A stretch of 64,000 nt of DNA from Candidatus Binatia bacterium (GTDB lineage: Bacteria > Desulfobacterota > Binatia > UBA1149 > CAITLU01). Position numbers and translations under genes: made by a program. Shown piece after piece: positions 1 to 8,673 of the stretch. The stretch is from positions 70,125 through 134,124 of the forward strand of contig JBLFWR010000001.1 in NCBI GenBank assembly GCA_047611725.1. The letters run 5' to 3'. The notes under the pieces are model-generated. The model was given only the letters and a program-made list of their open reading frames with translations. It was not told where the DNA came from and ran no database searches. Every line of letters begins with the position of its first letter. Positions within the stretch are counted from its first letter, which is position 1.

Positions 1-1050
1 GTTGTCGGAAAGAACCGTTGGCTTGAAATTCAGACCGACGCCAAACTTTTTGAACTCAATAATGATCGTTCCGAACGTCTGCGGAATCGGATACGGGAAC
101 TCCCCACCCGCCAAGAAGCTTGCTTCCTGGCCACTGAGCGCCACCAGCGTCGGCTCGGCAAGGACCTTTACAAGCCCACCGTCTTTCAACGCATCAACGA
201 ACGCTGTCCAATCATGTCCGCCAGTACGCCAGCGCAAAATGCTATTGACAGAAAGAGGAACAAGTCCGAACGCTGGGTTGGCCACGCCGGCAGCCAAAGC
301 GCCAAGTCCGCCCGATTGCGCCTGACCTGCTTGTCCGGGCAGCAACACGGCATCGGTCGGCGCTACCACCGCACTGAGATCGTTCAGGGTCGTAACCCCA
401 AAGTCATGACCGCTTTTCGACATGAAACCCAAGTTGACGCCCAATCGGCGCAACAAATCGCGATTCATTTCAGCAATACGAACTTCCAGCATGACCTGCT
501 GAACGCCGCCAACTCGAAGAAGGTTGATCACTTTTTCAGGCGCGTAGGCTTCTGCTACGGCAAGCGCTCTACCCAGCTTCGCAGGACTCGAGATTGCACC
601 CGAGATAGCCAAATGGTCGTGCGCGGACGTCACCTTCAGGTATTCCTCTTCAGGAAACAGCTTGTGCAGCTGTTCCTTCAGACCCGCCAAATCAGGCGCG
701 ACTCGAATGTCGAACACCGAGAACACGCCACCACCTTCGCGCCAAAGCGTCAAATTGGTAACGCCAATGGATTTGCCACTGACGTAGATTTGGCGCGGGG
801 ACAAAACCAAAGCGTCGGCGACGTCGGGCCCAGCAATCGAGGCACGCTCGATTGGCACCGGGCTTTCGATGACGATCGACTTGCCTACGACGAGGTCGAG
901 CTTCTCCGAGGTGACAACCCGCCCCCCTCTCGATTGCGCTAGTGCTGAAGTTGGGCCGCTGGCGACCATAGCCAAACCGAGCGCGAAGATACCCACGCAC
1001 AGGATCCCGCTGTCGAATTTCTTACCGAGAGTCATCATCGTTGTCTCCAT
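1..1050 (-). CDS. cpaC: Tad/Cpa pilus secretin (CpaC/RcpA); 3' end runs off the window
   Basis: Absent from the ORF track; translated by hand: METTMMTLGKKFDSGILCVGIFALGLAMVASGPTSALAQ (signal peptide), LDLVVGKSIVIE...VSGKSIGVTNLTLW (pilus secretin N domain), QVMLEVRIAEM and FLAGGEFPYP...EFKKFGVGLNFKP (secretin core). Follows cpaB. Confidence 0.9.
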   Translation of the reverse strand, partial: METTMMTLGKKFDSGILCVGIFALGLAMVASGPTSALAQSRGGRVVTSEKLDLVVGKSIVIESPVPIERASIAGPDVADALVLSPRQIYVSGKSIGVTNLTLWREGGGVFSVFDIRVAPDLAGLKEQLHKLFPEEEYLKVTSAHDHLAISGAISSPAKLGRALAVAEAYAPEKVINLLRVGGVQQVMLEVRIAEMNRDLLRRLGVNLGFMSKSGHDFGVTTLNDLSAVVAPTDAVLLPGQAGQAQSGGLGALAAGVANPAFGLVPLSVNSILRWRTGGHDWTAFVDALKDGGLVKVLAEPTLVALSGQEASFLAGGEFPYPIPQTFGTIIIEFKKFGVGLNFKPTVLSDN

Positions 1051-1063
1051 CTTGCCCGGTGTC

Positions 1064-1900
1064 TCAGAAGGAGACTTCAGTAATCTCGGTTCCCTTGATC
1101 AGTTGAACACCCGATCGCTTGCCCTTTTTCTGGGGACCACCACCGAGTTTGTTCGACGCGAGAAGCGACTCGAGGGTCGCACCGCGAGTCAATGTCTTCG
1201 AGTCATCGAGCGGGTGACGGAGCGCGAGGCGGAACTTGCCCTGGGTTGCAGCCAGAGCGAGCTTCTCACCCTCTTCAGCCGAAACTTCCAAAGTAATGAC
1301 CCGTACTGGTCGGGGCTCGTCCTCTTTGCCGACTCGAACCATTTCGGTACCGATCGCAAGAACGCGGCGGAAGCCAAGAACCAATTTAGCGGTCGGGTTG
1401 TCGTTGTTCTCGCCCTGAGTCTTCAGGGCGACCATGACGTCGACGCGATCACCCGGCTTAATAAAACCGGCTACACCAATTTCGTCGTCCACGCGCACGG
1501 CCATCGCTCGCATTTGGGCATCCATAACGGCAGCGACGCCGCCGGTCGTTTGATCTTCGGGCGCAAGTTTTGAATCGAGAATTGGCTCGTTTCGACGCAT
1601 TCCCACGATAGAGACGCGACCAACAACGTCCTCGGCAGCGACGTAGTGGCCATCGGGCAGATAGTCTTTCGGGAACGGCACAAGCGCGATCATCTCTTCG
1701 GTGATCGGCGTTCCCCACTCGAGGTCTGCGTCGGCAACAACAATCGACTGAAGATCAGTTTGTTGAACAACCATCTCCACCGGCGCACCCGATGTCGCTT
1801 CGGCAGCCTTGGCGGTTAGCCAACGGTAAACGAACGTACTTGAGCCAATGGCTGCAATCAGCGCAATTCCAATGAGCATAAAGGGGCGAAGTCTACGCAT
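1064..1900 (-). CDS. cpaB: Flp pilus assembly protein CpaB (SAF + RcpC domains)
   Basis: N-terminal TM, SAF-like VVADADL...GTPIT, MRAMAVRVDDEIGVAGFIKPGDRVDV signature. Confidence 0.93.
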   Translation of the reverse strand: MRRLRPFMLIGIALIAAIGSSTFVYRWLTAKAAEATSGAPVEMVVQQTDLQSIVVADADLEWGTPITEEMIALVPFPKDYLPDGHYVAAEDVVGRVSIVGMRRNEPILDSKLAPEDQTTGGVAAVMDAQMRAMAVRVDDEIGVAGFIKPGDRVDVMVALKTQGENNDNPTAKLVLGFRRVLAIGTEMVRVGKEDEPRPVRVITLEVSAEEGEKLALAATQGKFRLALRHPLDDSKTLTRGATLESLLASNKLGGGPQKKGKRSGVQLIKGTEITEVSF

Positions 1901-1912
1901 GGCAAATTCCTC

Positions 1913-2476
1913 TCAGACCGCGGCCGAATTGAAGAGACCCACACTCGGCAAGTCGCCATACGCTAGAACCGCGATCACACCGACCGCGATACACACCGCA
2001 TAACAAAGTTTGGGAGCGGACTCTGTGGAAGGCAGGACGCCGCGCGCCTGCCCTGTTAGAGCTACGGTCTTTGCGCCCGCAGCTACATTTTTGAACGTTT
2101 CTCGCACTCCGACCCGCGCGAGCTCCGGGGCGGCCCAAAGGCCGATCGCATACACACCACCGGCAATGCCAGTGATAACAAAAACCGAAACAATGGACTC
2201 GGCGCCAACAAACGCACCGACAGAGGCCATGAGCTTGACGTCACCAGCACCCATGCCGCCAACCGCGTAGAAGAAAATGAGAAGGCCGAAGCCTGCGCCC
2301 ATACCAGCCAAGCTGGCCAAGAGTCCAGGTGCGCCGTAGGACATCATCTGAAGCGAAAGCGCGACGAGAATGCCGCCACCGGTCAGCCAATTGGGCACCC
2401 GTTGACCGCGCAGGTCGGTAACGCTGGCAACCACGACAAGGGCCAAGACGGAAAACTGTAGAATCGGAGTCATCAT
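1913..2476 (-). CDS. cpaA: A24 family prepilin peptidase CpaA/TadV
   Basis: TDLRGQRVPN and GMGAGDVKLM aspartate motifs. Start reassigned to MMTPIL because the longer ORF would span the sigma54 promoter. Confidence 0.88.
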   Translation of the reverse strand: MMTPILQFSVLALVVVASVTDLRGQRVPNWLTGGGILVALSLQMMSYGAPGLLASLAGMGAGFGLLIFFYAVGGMGAGDVKLMASVGAFVGAESIVSVFVITGIAGGVYAIGLWAAPELARVGVRETFKNVAAGAKTVALTGQARGVLPSTESAPKLCYAVCIAVGVIAVLAYGDLPSVGLFNSAAV

Positions 2477-2592
2477 CGCTTCTGTGTCGATCTGCTGCCG
2501 TTTGCGGTTCGAGTGCCGCCTATCCAGGCCGCTGCCAGCCGGGCCTGTCCGGCATGGTCGCACGATTGCGGGAGCACGATCGGCTGCAACAC

Positions 2593-2608
2593 TGCAACGA
2601 AAGTGCCA
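2593..2608 (-). promoter_or_regulatory. sigma54 -24/-12 promoter for cpaA-cpaB-cpaC
   Basis: Minus strand TGGCAC-TTTCG-TTGCA, a consensus match about 115 nt upstream of cpaA. Confidence 0.75.
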
Positions 2609-3033
2609 AGCGCAAGGAGGCTGATGCCACCTGGGACCCAGGTTCCGAGATGTGGTTGAAGTGCACGATTCCGTACGTGAACGTGCCGTTTCGGCTCGCA
2701 AGGCCGCAAGATCACAAATCCGTCTCTGAGCCAGGCTGCGGGATCCATCCCGCGGTGAACGCGGTCGCTTACCCGCACCAACGCGGGCGTCGTGCCGCGC
2801 TACGAGCGTCGGACAGGGCTCGTAGTCTAATCAACAATCGTTGCGGAACCGCACGCTCCATCCCTTCGGGTTTCATCGTCCGAAACCGAGAGAGATCGGC
2901 GTCCAACCACAAGCACAGGGAAATCCGTCCCTGCCGTGTCCGAGTTCGCTGACCTCGGGTGAGACAAGTGGCAAACGACGGGAATCGAAAAACCTTGCAG
3001 ATTTGCAAGCATAGCACACGCCTCAACCCCAAT

Positions 3034-3049
3034 TGGCACCCCCATTGCT
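3034..3049 (+). promoter_or_regulatory. sigma54 -24/-12 promoter
   Basis: TGGCAC-CCCCA-TTGCT, consensus match. Confidence 0.65.
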
Positions 3050-3112
3050 TGTTAGTCATACGGGGGATGACCCGTTTGCCGCAGGCCAAAAAGGGGGCGT
3101 GCGGGCATTAGC

Positions 3113-3128
3113 TGGCACAACCCGTGCT
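3113..3128 (+). promoter_or_regulatory. second sigma54 -24/-12 promoter
   Basis: TGGCAC-AACCC-GTGCT with correct GG/GC spacing, about 95 nt upstream of the 3222 ORF. Confidence 0.55.
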
Positions 3129-3221
3129 TAACTGATGTCCGCGCCGCTCAGCTGCGGTACTCCGACGCCCGACTTGGCGACTAACGGTCCGCAAGTCGGA
3201 AAAGATATAGAAGGAACCACA

Positions 3222-3440
3222 ATGTCGACTTCACTCGCACCGACGCCCTCAAACAGCCGCGACAAAGATTTCGCGGAACTTCTGGAACGCATCGCCACGC
3301 CCGCCAACAATGCTCTTGCGGACAAAGCCTACTTTAGAGAGATCGCAGCCGATGCGGCCGAGCGCGGCTGCCTACCAGCCCTGGTGATGTGGGCACTGTG
3401 CGCCAAGATCTCGGCGCGAACGACAGAAACTCAGTCCTAA
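3222..3440 (+). CDS. small hypothetical protein (72 aa)
   Basis: AAGGA RBS before ATG 3222, downstream of two sigma54 motifs, followed by a terminator. Confidence 0.55.
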   Translation: MSTSLAPTPSNSRDKDFAELLERIATPANNALADKAYFREIAADAAERGCLPALVMWALCAKISARTTETQS

Positions 3441-3481
3441 GATACCGAAGGTACCCAGTTTCCCAGCTAGGTCCTCGGACC

Positions 3482-3529
3482 AAAAAAAGAGAGGACGCGG
3501 CTCTTGCACCGCGCCCCCTCTTTCTTTTT
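3482..3529. terminator. bidirectional intrinsic terminator
   Basis: A-tract, imperfect GAGGACGCGG/CCGCGCCCCCTC stem, T-tract, between convergent genes. Confidence 0.6.
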
Positions 3530-3577
3530 GCGCCACAGCCGGCGCGCATCGTAGTTAGCCCGCGGCGTGTCCTAGAA

Positions 3578-4711
3578 CTACGCTGCGATTTGGTCGCGGC
3601 GAAGATCATGCTTGCGAAGCAAGCGCTGTAAATCTCGGCGCTGCATTCCGGCGATCCTCGCCGCATGCGTCACGTTTCCATCCGCGTCAGCCAGTACTTT
3701 CCAGAGATAGGTCATTTCGAATTCGCGAATCACCCGATCTTTCGCCTCGCGAAAAGTTTCCCCCGCCAAGTCCGCCCCAATGTGCGCGGTCACCGCGTTG
3801 GGAACATAGGCAGAATGCTCCTCAGCGACCTTTTCGACGCCAAACGGTGCTTCGGACATGTCACAGAGATCGATGTCGTCAGCTTCAAGAACATCGCGAC
3901 TGGTCAGCAAAACGGAACGTTGAATCACGGACTGAAGTTCGCGAACGTTGCCGCTCCATCGGTGCGCCGCAAGCTTCGCATGAGCCGAATCAGAGAGTCT
4001 AACTACCCCTCTACCAGCCAGCCGCCCATAGAGGTCAACAAAATGATCAGCGAGAAGTGGGATGTCTTCGTGCCGATCTCGAAGCGGCGGCAACTGCAGT
4101 GCGAGTACGTGAAGACGATGATAAAGATCTTCTCGAAACTTGCCCGCACGCACGAGTTCGCGAAGGTCACAGTTCGTCGCAGCAATGATTCGAACATCAG
4201 CATGTTGGATTTTCGTCGACCCCAGCATGCGAAACTCGCGGTTCTGAAGAAAGCGCAACAGTTTCGATTGAGCAGAGAGACTCAAGCTATTCAGCTCATC
4301 AAGGAAGAGCGTTCCACCCTCGGCTTCCGCGAGAAGGCCCCGCCCATTTGATCCAGCGCCGGTGTAAGCCCCCTTGGTGTGGCCGAACAGCTCGTTCTCT
4401 ACCAATTCTTCCGGTATCGCCCCACAATTTACGGGGATGAACGGTTTGCCGTGACGAGTACTTGCGAAATGAACCGCCTCCGCCGCGAGTTCTTTGCCAG
4501 TACCAGTCTCCCCGGTGATTAGAATCGTCGCATCGCAGTCCGCCAGTAGCGGAATCTTTCGGGTCACTGCTACGAAACTCGGGCTGGTACCTATTAGGTG
4601 TTGGGTTGGGTCAGGCGCGTGATCCGGGGCAGATGGCTCGGGTCGCGGTGCCTCGCTGCCATTCGCAGGGTATCCCTCGCCGATACTTAGCGTGTGTGTT
4701 TCTGCGTACAT
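3578..4711 (-). CDS. sigma54-dependent enhancer-binding protein (AAA+ and Fis-type HTH) without an N-terminal sensor domain
   Basis: [57 protein letters not shown]. Confidence 0.93.
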   Translation of the reverse strand: MYAETHTLSIGEGYPANGSEAPRPEPSAPDHAPDPTQHLIGTSPSFVAVTRKIPLLADCDATILITGETGTGKELAAEAVHFASTRHGKPFIPVNCGAIPEELVENELFGHTKGAYTGAGSNGRGLLAEAEGGTLFLDELNSLSLSAQSKLLRFLQNREFRMLGSTKIQHADVRIIAATNCDLRELVRAGKFREDLYHRLHVLALQLPPLRDRHEDIPLLADHFVDLYGRLAGRGVVRLSDSAHAKLAAHRWSGNVRELQSVIQRSVLLTSRDVLEADDIDLCDMSEAPFGVEKVAEEHSAYVPNAVTAHIGADLAGETFREAKDRVIREFEMTYLWKVLADADGNVTHAARIAGMQRRDLQRLLRKHDLRRDQIAA

Positions 4712-4732
4712 CTTACTCGGCTCCTCTTCCGA

Positions 4733-4748
4733 TTCAGACTACGTGCCA
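4733..4748 (-). promoter_or_regulatory. sigma54-like promoter of the EBP gene (imperfect -12)
   Basis: TGGCAC-GTAGT-CTGAA, 21 nt upstream of the ATG, ahead of a GAGGAG RBS. Confidence 0.4.
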
Positions 4749-5454
4749 AAACAATATTGCTCGGCGAACTGTCGATCTGGTAGCCAGCATGGCTGACTAC
4801 ACGCTAGACCGACAAGCCTCCCGCCGCTGATCGCCGAAGAAACTTGCTGAGGTTGTATTAAAGAAACCGTCTGGAATTGTGGCGAAATCGATCGCTTAAC
4901 GCCGCCAAGCCCGCTCACCGACCGAACGCAAAGGCGGCCCCGGGGTCGGCCCGCGACCAGCGTTAAACCCGGCGAGCCCCAAGGAGCAATCGAGACACCA
5001 CAAGATGCCAGCCGAAGGCGCGAGCGTGTGATTGGCGATCGTGCCCCAAACCGAAAAGGCTAAATATTCTGTCTTCCGGCGGAAATCCCGACCGAAGGCC
5101 CTAGCTTAGGAAACCGCAACCACCTTTATAATCCGGCACTTACATTCCATTGCTAGACTAACACGGCAGGAACCGAAGGTCTCAAATCTATTTTTCTCAA
5201 GTCCGCAGGCATCCGAGCGCAAGCCCGGCGCACGCCGAACTCACCACCGCCCTACTTTCAACGTTTTGCTCTCATCTCCGGCGAGCAGAGTCCGCGAAAT
5301 GCGCCAACCGTGAAGACCTCGAGAACACAATTGTGGGTGTACTAAGGATAGACTAGCGGAGAACAACACGGTGTTGGCGTGTTCTCCGTCCAGCACCGTC
5401 GGGTGCTCGGTCGAGTCCGAGGGGGGGGGGGCTCACCCGAGAATGGGCATGGAT

Positions 5455-5817
5455 TCACACTCCGTCATCGAAATCTGTCACCAGGTCAGCCAAAGCGCGG
5501 CTTTGATCGATGGATACGACGACACCGGCTGGCGCCCGTATCTCCTCCGGTAAACTTTCCGCCCGCGAGTTTGACCCAACGAAAATCCAGGAAAAAACTT
5601 GGGAAACCACCTGACGGAACTGCTCGTGTGCCGGGGAGCCCGAGAGAAGCTTCAATCGATCTAGCCCATGAACCTGGAAGCCACCTAGGTCGAAATTCGA
5701 CGTTGGCGAGAAGCTTTCTTCGCCTTCAAGCAATCTGGCTGCCATCAGGAGAATTTCCGAATCGCGCTTCAAACAATCACGGGTGGCGCCAGAACAAGCA
5801 CGTAGGCGCGTCCACAT
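5455..5817 (-). CDS. hypothetical protein (doubtful)
   Basis: Protein-like composition, but no recognisable motif and uncertain start. Confidence 0.3.
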   Translation of the reverse strand: MWTRLRACSGATRDCLKRDSEILLMAARLLEGEESFSPTSNFDLGGFQVHGLDRLKLLSGSPAHEQFRQVVSQVFSWIFVGSNSRAESLPEEIRAPAGVVVSIDQSRALADLVTDFDDGV

Positions 5818-5932
5818 GAGGCCGGTGAACCCTTCCCCTGGTCCAGACTCAGAAACACCCCTCACCTAGCGCAGACATCGTGCCCATGGACGTTCCACGA
5901 CCACGCGCACCCGAGACTGATCAGGCGTCGGC

Positions 5933-5961
5933 TTGAAACTTCCCCCGCCTCTGGCTAACGA
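5933..5961 (+). promoter_or_regulatory. putative sigma70 promoter for oadB-trkAH
   Basis: TTGAAA-N17-TAACGA. Confidence 0.4.
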
Positions 5962-6055
5962 AGAACCCCGTTTCGGCATCTCGGAACGGACCTCGACACG
6001 AATGGAAACCAATCGACTCTGCAGCCCACGGGCGTGAGCGGATAAGAGGACGCGA

Positions 6056-7192
6056 GTGGACGGTCTTGCACAGTTTCTAAGGTTCACGGGATTCGCGAAC
6101 GCGACTCCCGGACACATCTTTATGATCCTGGTTGGCTTGGTATTTTTGTACCTGGCCATCGTCAAGGATTACGAACCACTCCTTTTGGTACCGATTGGCT
6201 TCGGCGTCATCATTGGAAATGTCCCCTTTGTAGAAGGCGCAGGTCTGAACATCGGAATTTACGAAGAGGGCAGCGTCCTGAACTACCTCTACCAGGGAGT
6301 TTTGAAGGGGATCTACCCTCCGCTCATCTTCCTGGGAATCGGTGCAATGACCGATTTTTCGACGATGCTGTCGAACCCAAAACTTATCCTATTGGGGGCA
6401 TCGGCCCAATTGGGGATCTTTGTAACATTTTTGGGCGCCACCTACCTAGGATTTACCCCCGCCCAAGCAGGCGCGATTGGAATCATCGGCGGAGCCGACG
6501 GTCCAACAGCGATTTTCATCGCGTCCAAGCTTGCGCCTGAATTCATCGGCCCCATCGCCATTGCCGCTTACAGCTACATGGCGCTCGTACCGGTAATCCA
6601 GCCTCCAATCATGAAGCTGCTGACTACCGACGCAGAGCGAAAAATTCGCATGAAGCCACCGCGGCCCGTCGGTAAGGTTGAACGGATCCTGTTTCCGATC
6701 ACAGCTTTGCTGCTAACCGCGTTCATCTCACCACCGGCGCTACCACTTTTGGGTATGTTGTTTTTTGGCAACATACTGAAAGAGTCAGGCGTCACGAAGA
6801 GACTGGCGGACACCGCTAAGAGCTCGATGATCGACATCGTCACCATCCTTCTAGGCGTAACAGTGGGTGCGTCGACCCAAGCCACTACGTTCTTGACTCC
6901 GGAATCCATGAAAATTTTCGCGCTCGGCGCAGGCTCCTTCATGGTGGCTACGGCCTGCGGTGTCCTTTTCGCAAAATTCATGAACCTGTTTCTAAGCGAC
7001 GAAAATAAGCTAAACCCGCTCATTGGCGCCGCTGGAGTCTCGGCTGTCCCCGACAGCGCCCGCGTCGTGCAGATGATAGGAATCCAGGTGGACCGCAATA
7101 ACCATCTCCTCATGCACGCGATGGCTCCCAACGTAGCTGGAGTCGTGGGGAGTGCCGTTGCTGCCGGGGTTCTGATGGGCTTCTTGCTTTAA
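6056..7192 (+). CDS. oadB: sodium ion-translocating decarboxylase subunit beta (OadB/GcdB/MmdB family)
   Basis: YEPLLLVPIGFG, FLGIGAMTDF, IGIIGGADGPTAIF, AAYSYMALVP, NPLIGAAGVSAVP, HAMAPNVAGV. Confidence 0.93.
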   Translation: MDGLAQFLRFTGFANATPGHIFMILVGLVFLYLAIVKDYEPLLLVPIGFGVIIGNVPFVEGAGLNIGIYEEGSVLNYLYQGVLKGIYPPLIFLGIGAMTDFSTMLSNPKLILLGASAQLGIFVTFLGATYLGFTPAQAGAIGIIGGADGPTAIFIASKLAPEFIGPIAIAAYSYMALVPVIQPPIMKLLTTDAERKIRMKPPRPVGKVERILFPITALLLTAFISPPALPLLGMLFFGNILKESGVTKRLADTAKSSMIDIVTILLGVTVGASTQATTFLTPESMKIFALGAGSFMVATACGVLFAKFMNLFLSDENKLNPLIGAAGVSAVPDSARVVQMIGIQVDRNNHLLMHAMAPNVAGVVGSAVAAGVLMGFLL

Positions 7193-7306
7193 GCGAAAGC
7201 TTCCGGGGCTTTGCGGTTGTCTACGATGCTGCGCCGGGCCATAAGTCGGCTCGGAGGGCCCCAGCTGGCTAACCCTAATTAGGAGGGCGCGGCCGGAGCA
7301 TTCGAC

Positions 7307-8659
7307 ATGCACATCATCATTATCGGTGCCGGCGAGGTTGGCTGCTACCTTGCCGAGATCCTGATCGAAGAACATCACGACGTCTGTATCGTCGAACAAG
7401 ACGAGAAGCTCGCGAGAGAGCTCGACGACCGACTCGACGCCCAGATCGTTCACGGAACAGGAGTGTCGCGCGAAGCGCTATTCCGTGCTGGCATCAATAA
7501 AGCCGATCTACTTTTGGCCGTAACCCAAGTCGACGAGGTGAACCTAGTCGCAGCGATGACGGCAGAACGAATGCACTCGAAGTGCGCGACCGTCGCCAGG
7601 GTACGCGATCGCCGCTATCTGTTCGGAAACGACGCTCTCCAGACTGATGAGTACGGCGTCGACCTGCTAATCGGCCCGGAACAGGCAGTAGCCGACCAAG
7701 TCGTGCAACTTCTTCAGTACGAGGGACCCGGCCAAATCTCGCGGATTTCCGACGGGAAAGTCACCCTGCTTGAACTGCCGGTTATGCCGCACTCAACCTT
7801 GGTCTACGCCACACTCGAAGAACTTACTGCCGAGCTCCCTGACCAATCGCGAATCGCGGCCATTCTCGGATCGGAGGGGCTGCGACTGGCCACCCCGCAA
7901 GACAGGTTGAACGTCGGCGAACGGCTCTTCGTACTTTGCGCCCCTGAACGTATGCACGCGTTCCTAACCCTTGCGGGCATAGAAGAGCATCAGGTTCATC
8001 GAGTCCTGATCATTGGCGGCGGTGAAATCGGCTTTGCTGTTTCGCGCGTCCTGCAAAGACTTAAGTTCGACATCACGTTGGCAGAGATCGACGCGGAACG
8101 TGCAGAACAAATCGCCGCAAAATTGACCCGAACAACCGTGATTTTGGGAGATGGGACGGACCCAACCCTCATGAATGAGCAACTGAGGGACGGTCAAGAT
8201 GCCGTCGTCGTCTTGCTTGACGATGACGAAAAGTCACTTCTCGCTGGGATCATGGCCAAGCATCTAGGTGCAAGAAAAGTCGTCGCACGAGTCGACAAAA
8301 GAGCCTACGCCCCATTGGCTCACAAACTTGGCGTCGATGCCCTAATTTCACCGCGACGGGCGGTAGCCGACTCGATCTTACGATTCGTGAGGCGTGGACA
8401 CATTACGTCGACCACGATGCTCGGCGACCATCAAGGCGAATTAATCGATTTTCGCATTTCAAAGAAGCCCAAAAAGGAAATATCCGGCGTCCCTATCGGC
8501 GATCTCAAACTACCCGCGGGATCGACCATTGGAGTCATCGTACGAGGCGATCAGGTTATCCTCCCCTGCTCTGCCGACGATACGATCCAACCTGAAGACC
8601 ACGTGTTCGTAGTGGCTCTGCGCGACGCTGTTTCGGGCGTTGAAGCGCTCTTCGAGTAA
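7307..8659 (+). CDS. trkA: Trk potassium uptake NAD-binding subunit
   Basis: Two RCK units (IIGAGEVG; IIGGGEIG), 450 aa, next to trkH. Confidence 0.95.
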   Translation: MHIIIIGAGEVGCYLAEILIEEHHDVCIVEQDEKLARELDDRLDAQIVHGTGVSREALFRAGINKADLLLAVTQVDEVNLVAAMTAERMHSKCATVARVRDRRYLFGNDALQTDEYGVDLLIGPEQAVADQVVQLLQYEGPGQISRISDGKVTLLELPVMPHSTLVYATLEELTAELPDQSRIAAILGSEGLRLATPQDRLNVGERLFVLCAPERMHAFLTLAGIEEHQVHRVLIIGGGEIGFAVSRVLQRLKFDITLAEIDAERAEQIAAKLTRTTVILGDGTDPTLMNEQLRDGQDAVVVLLDDDEKSLLAGIMAKHLGARKVVARVDKRAYAPLAHKLGVDALISPRRAVADSILRFVRRGHITSTTMLGDHQGELIDFRISKKPKKEISGVPIGDLKLPAGSTIGVIVRGDQVILPCSADDTIQPEDHVFVVALRDAVSGVEALFE

Positions 8660-8673
8660 CGGAGGACCGTTCT

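Noticed and set aside
2-1573. Plus-strand ORFs 2-325, 214-942 and 869-1573
   Set aside because: Antisense to cpaC and cpaB, which carry the family motifs.
4880-5030. c-di-GMP-I riboswitch suggested by ACGCAAAG
   Set aside because: No GGCAAAC/GAAA P2 arrangement, and it faces away from the EBP gene.
5962-7306. Na+ or c-di-AMP riboswitch in the oadB or trkA leaders
   Set aside because: Only generic hairpins; I could not match the conserved cores. An Rfam scan would settle it.
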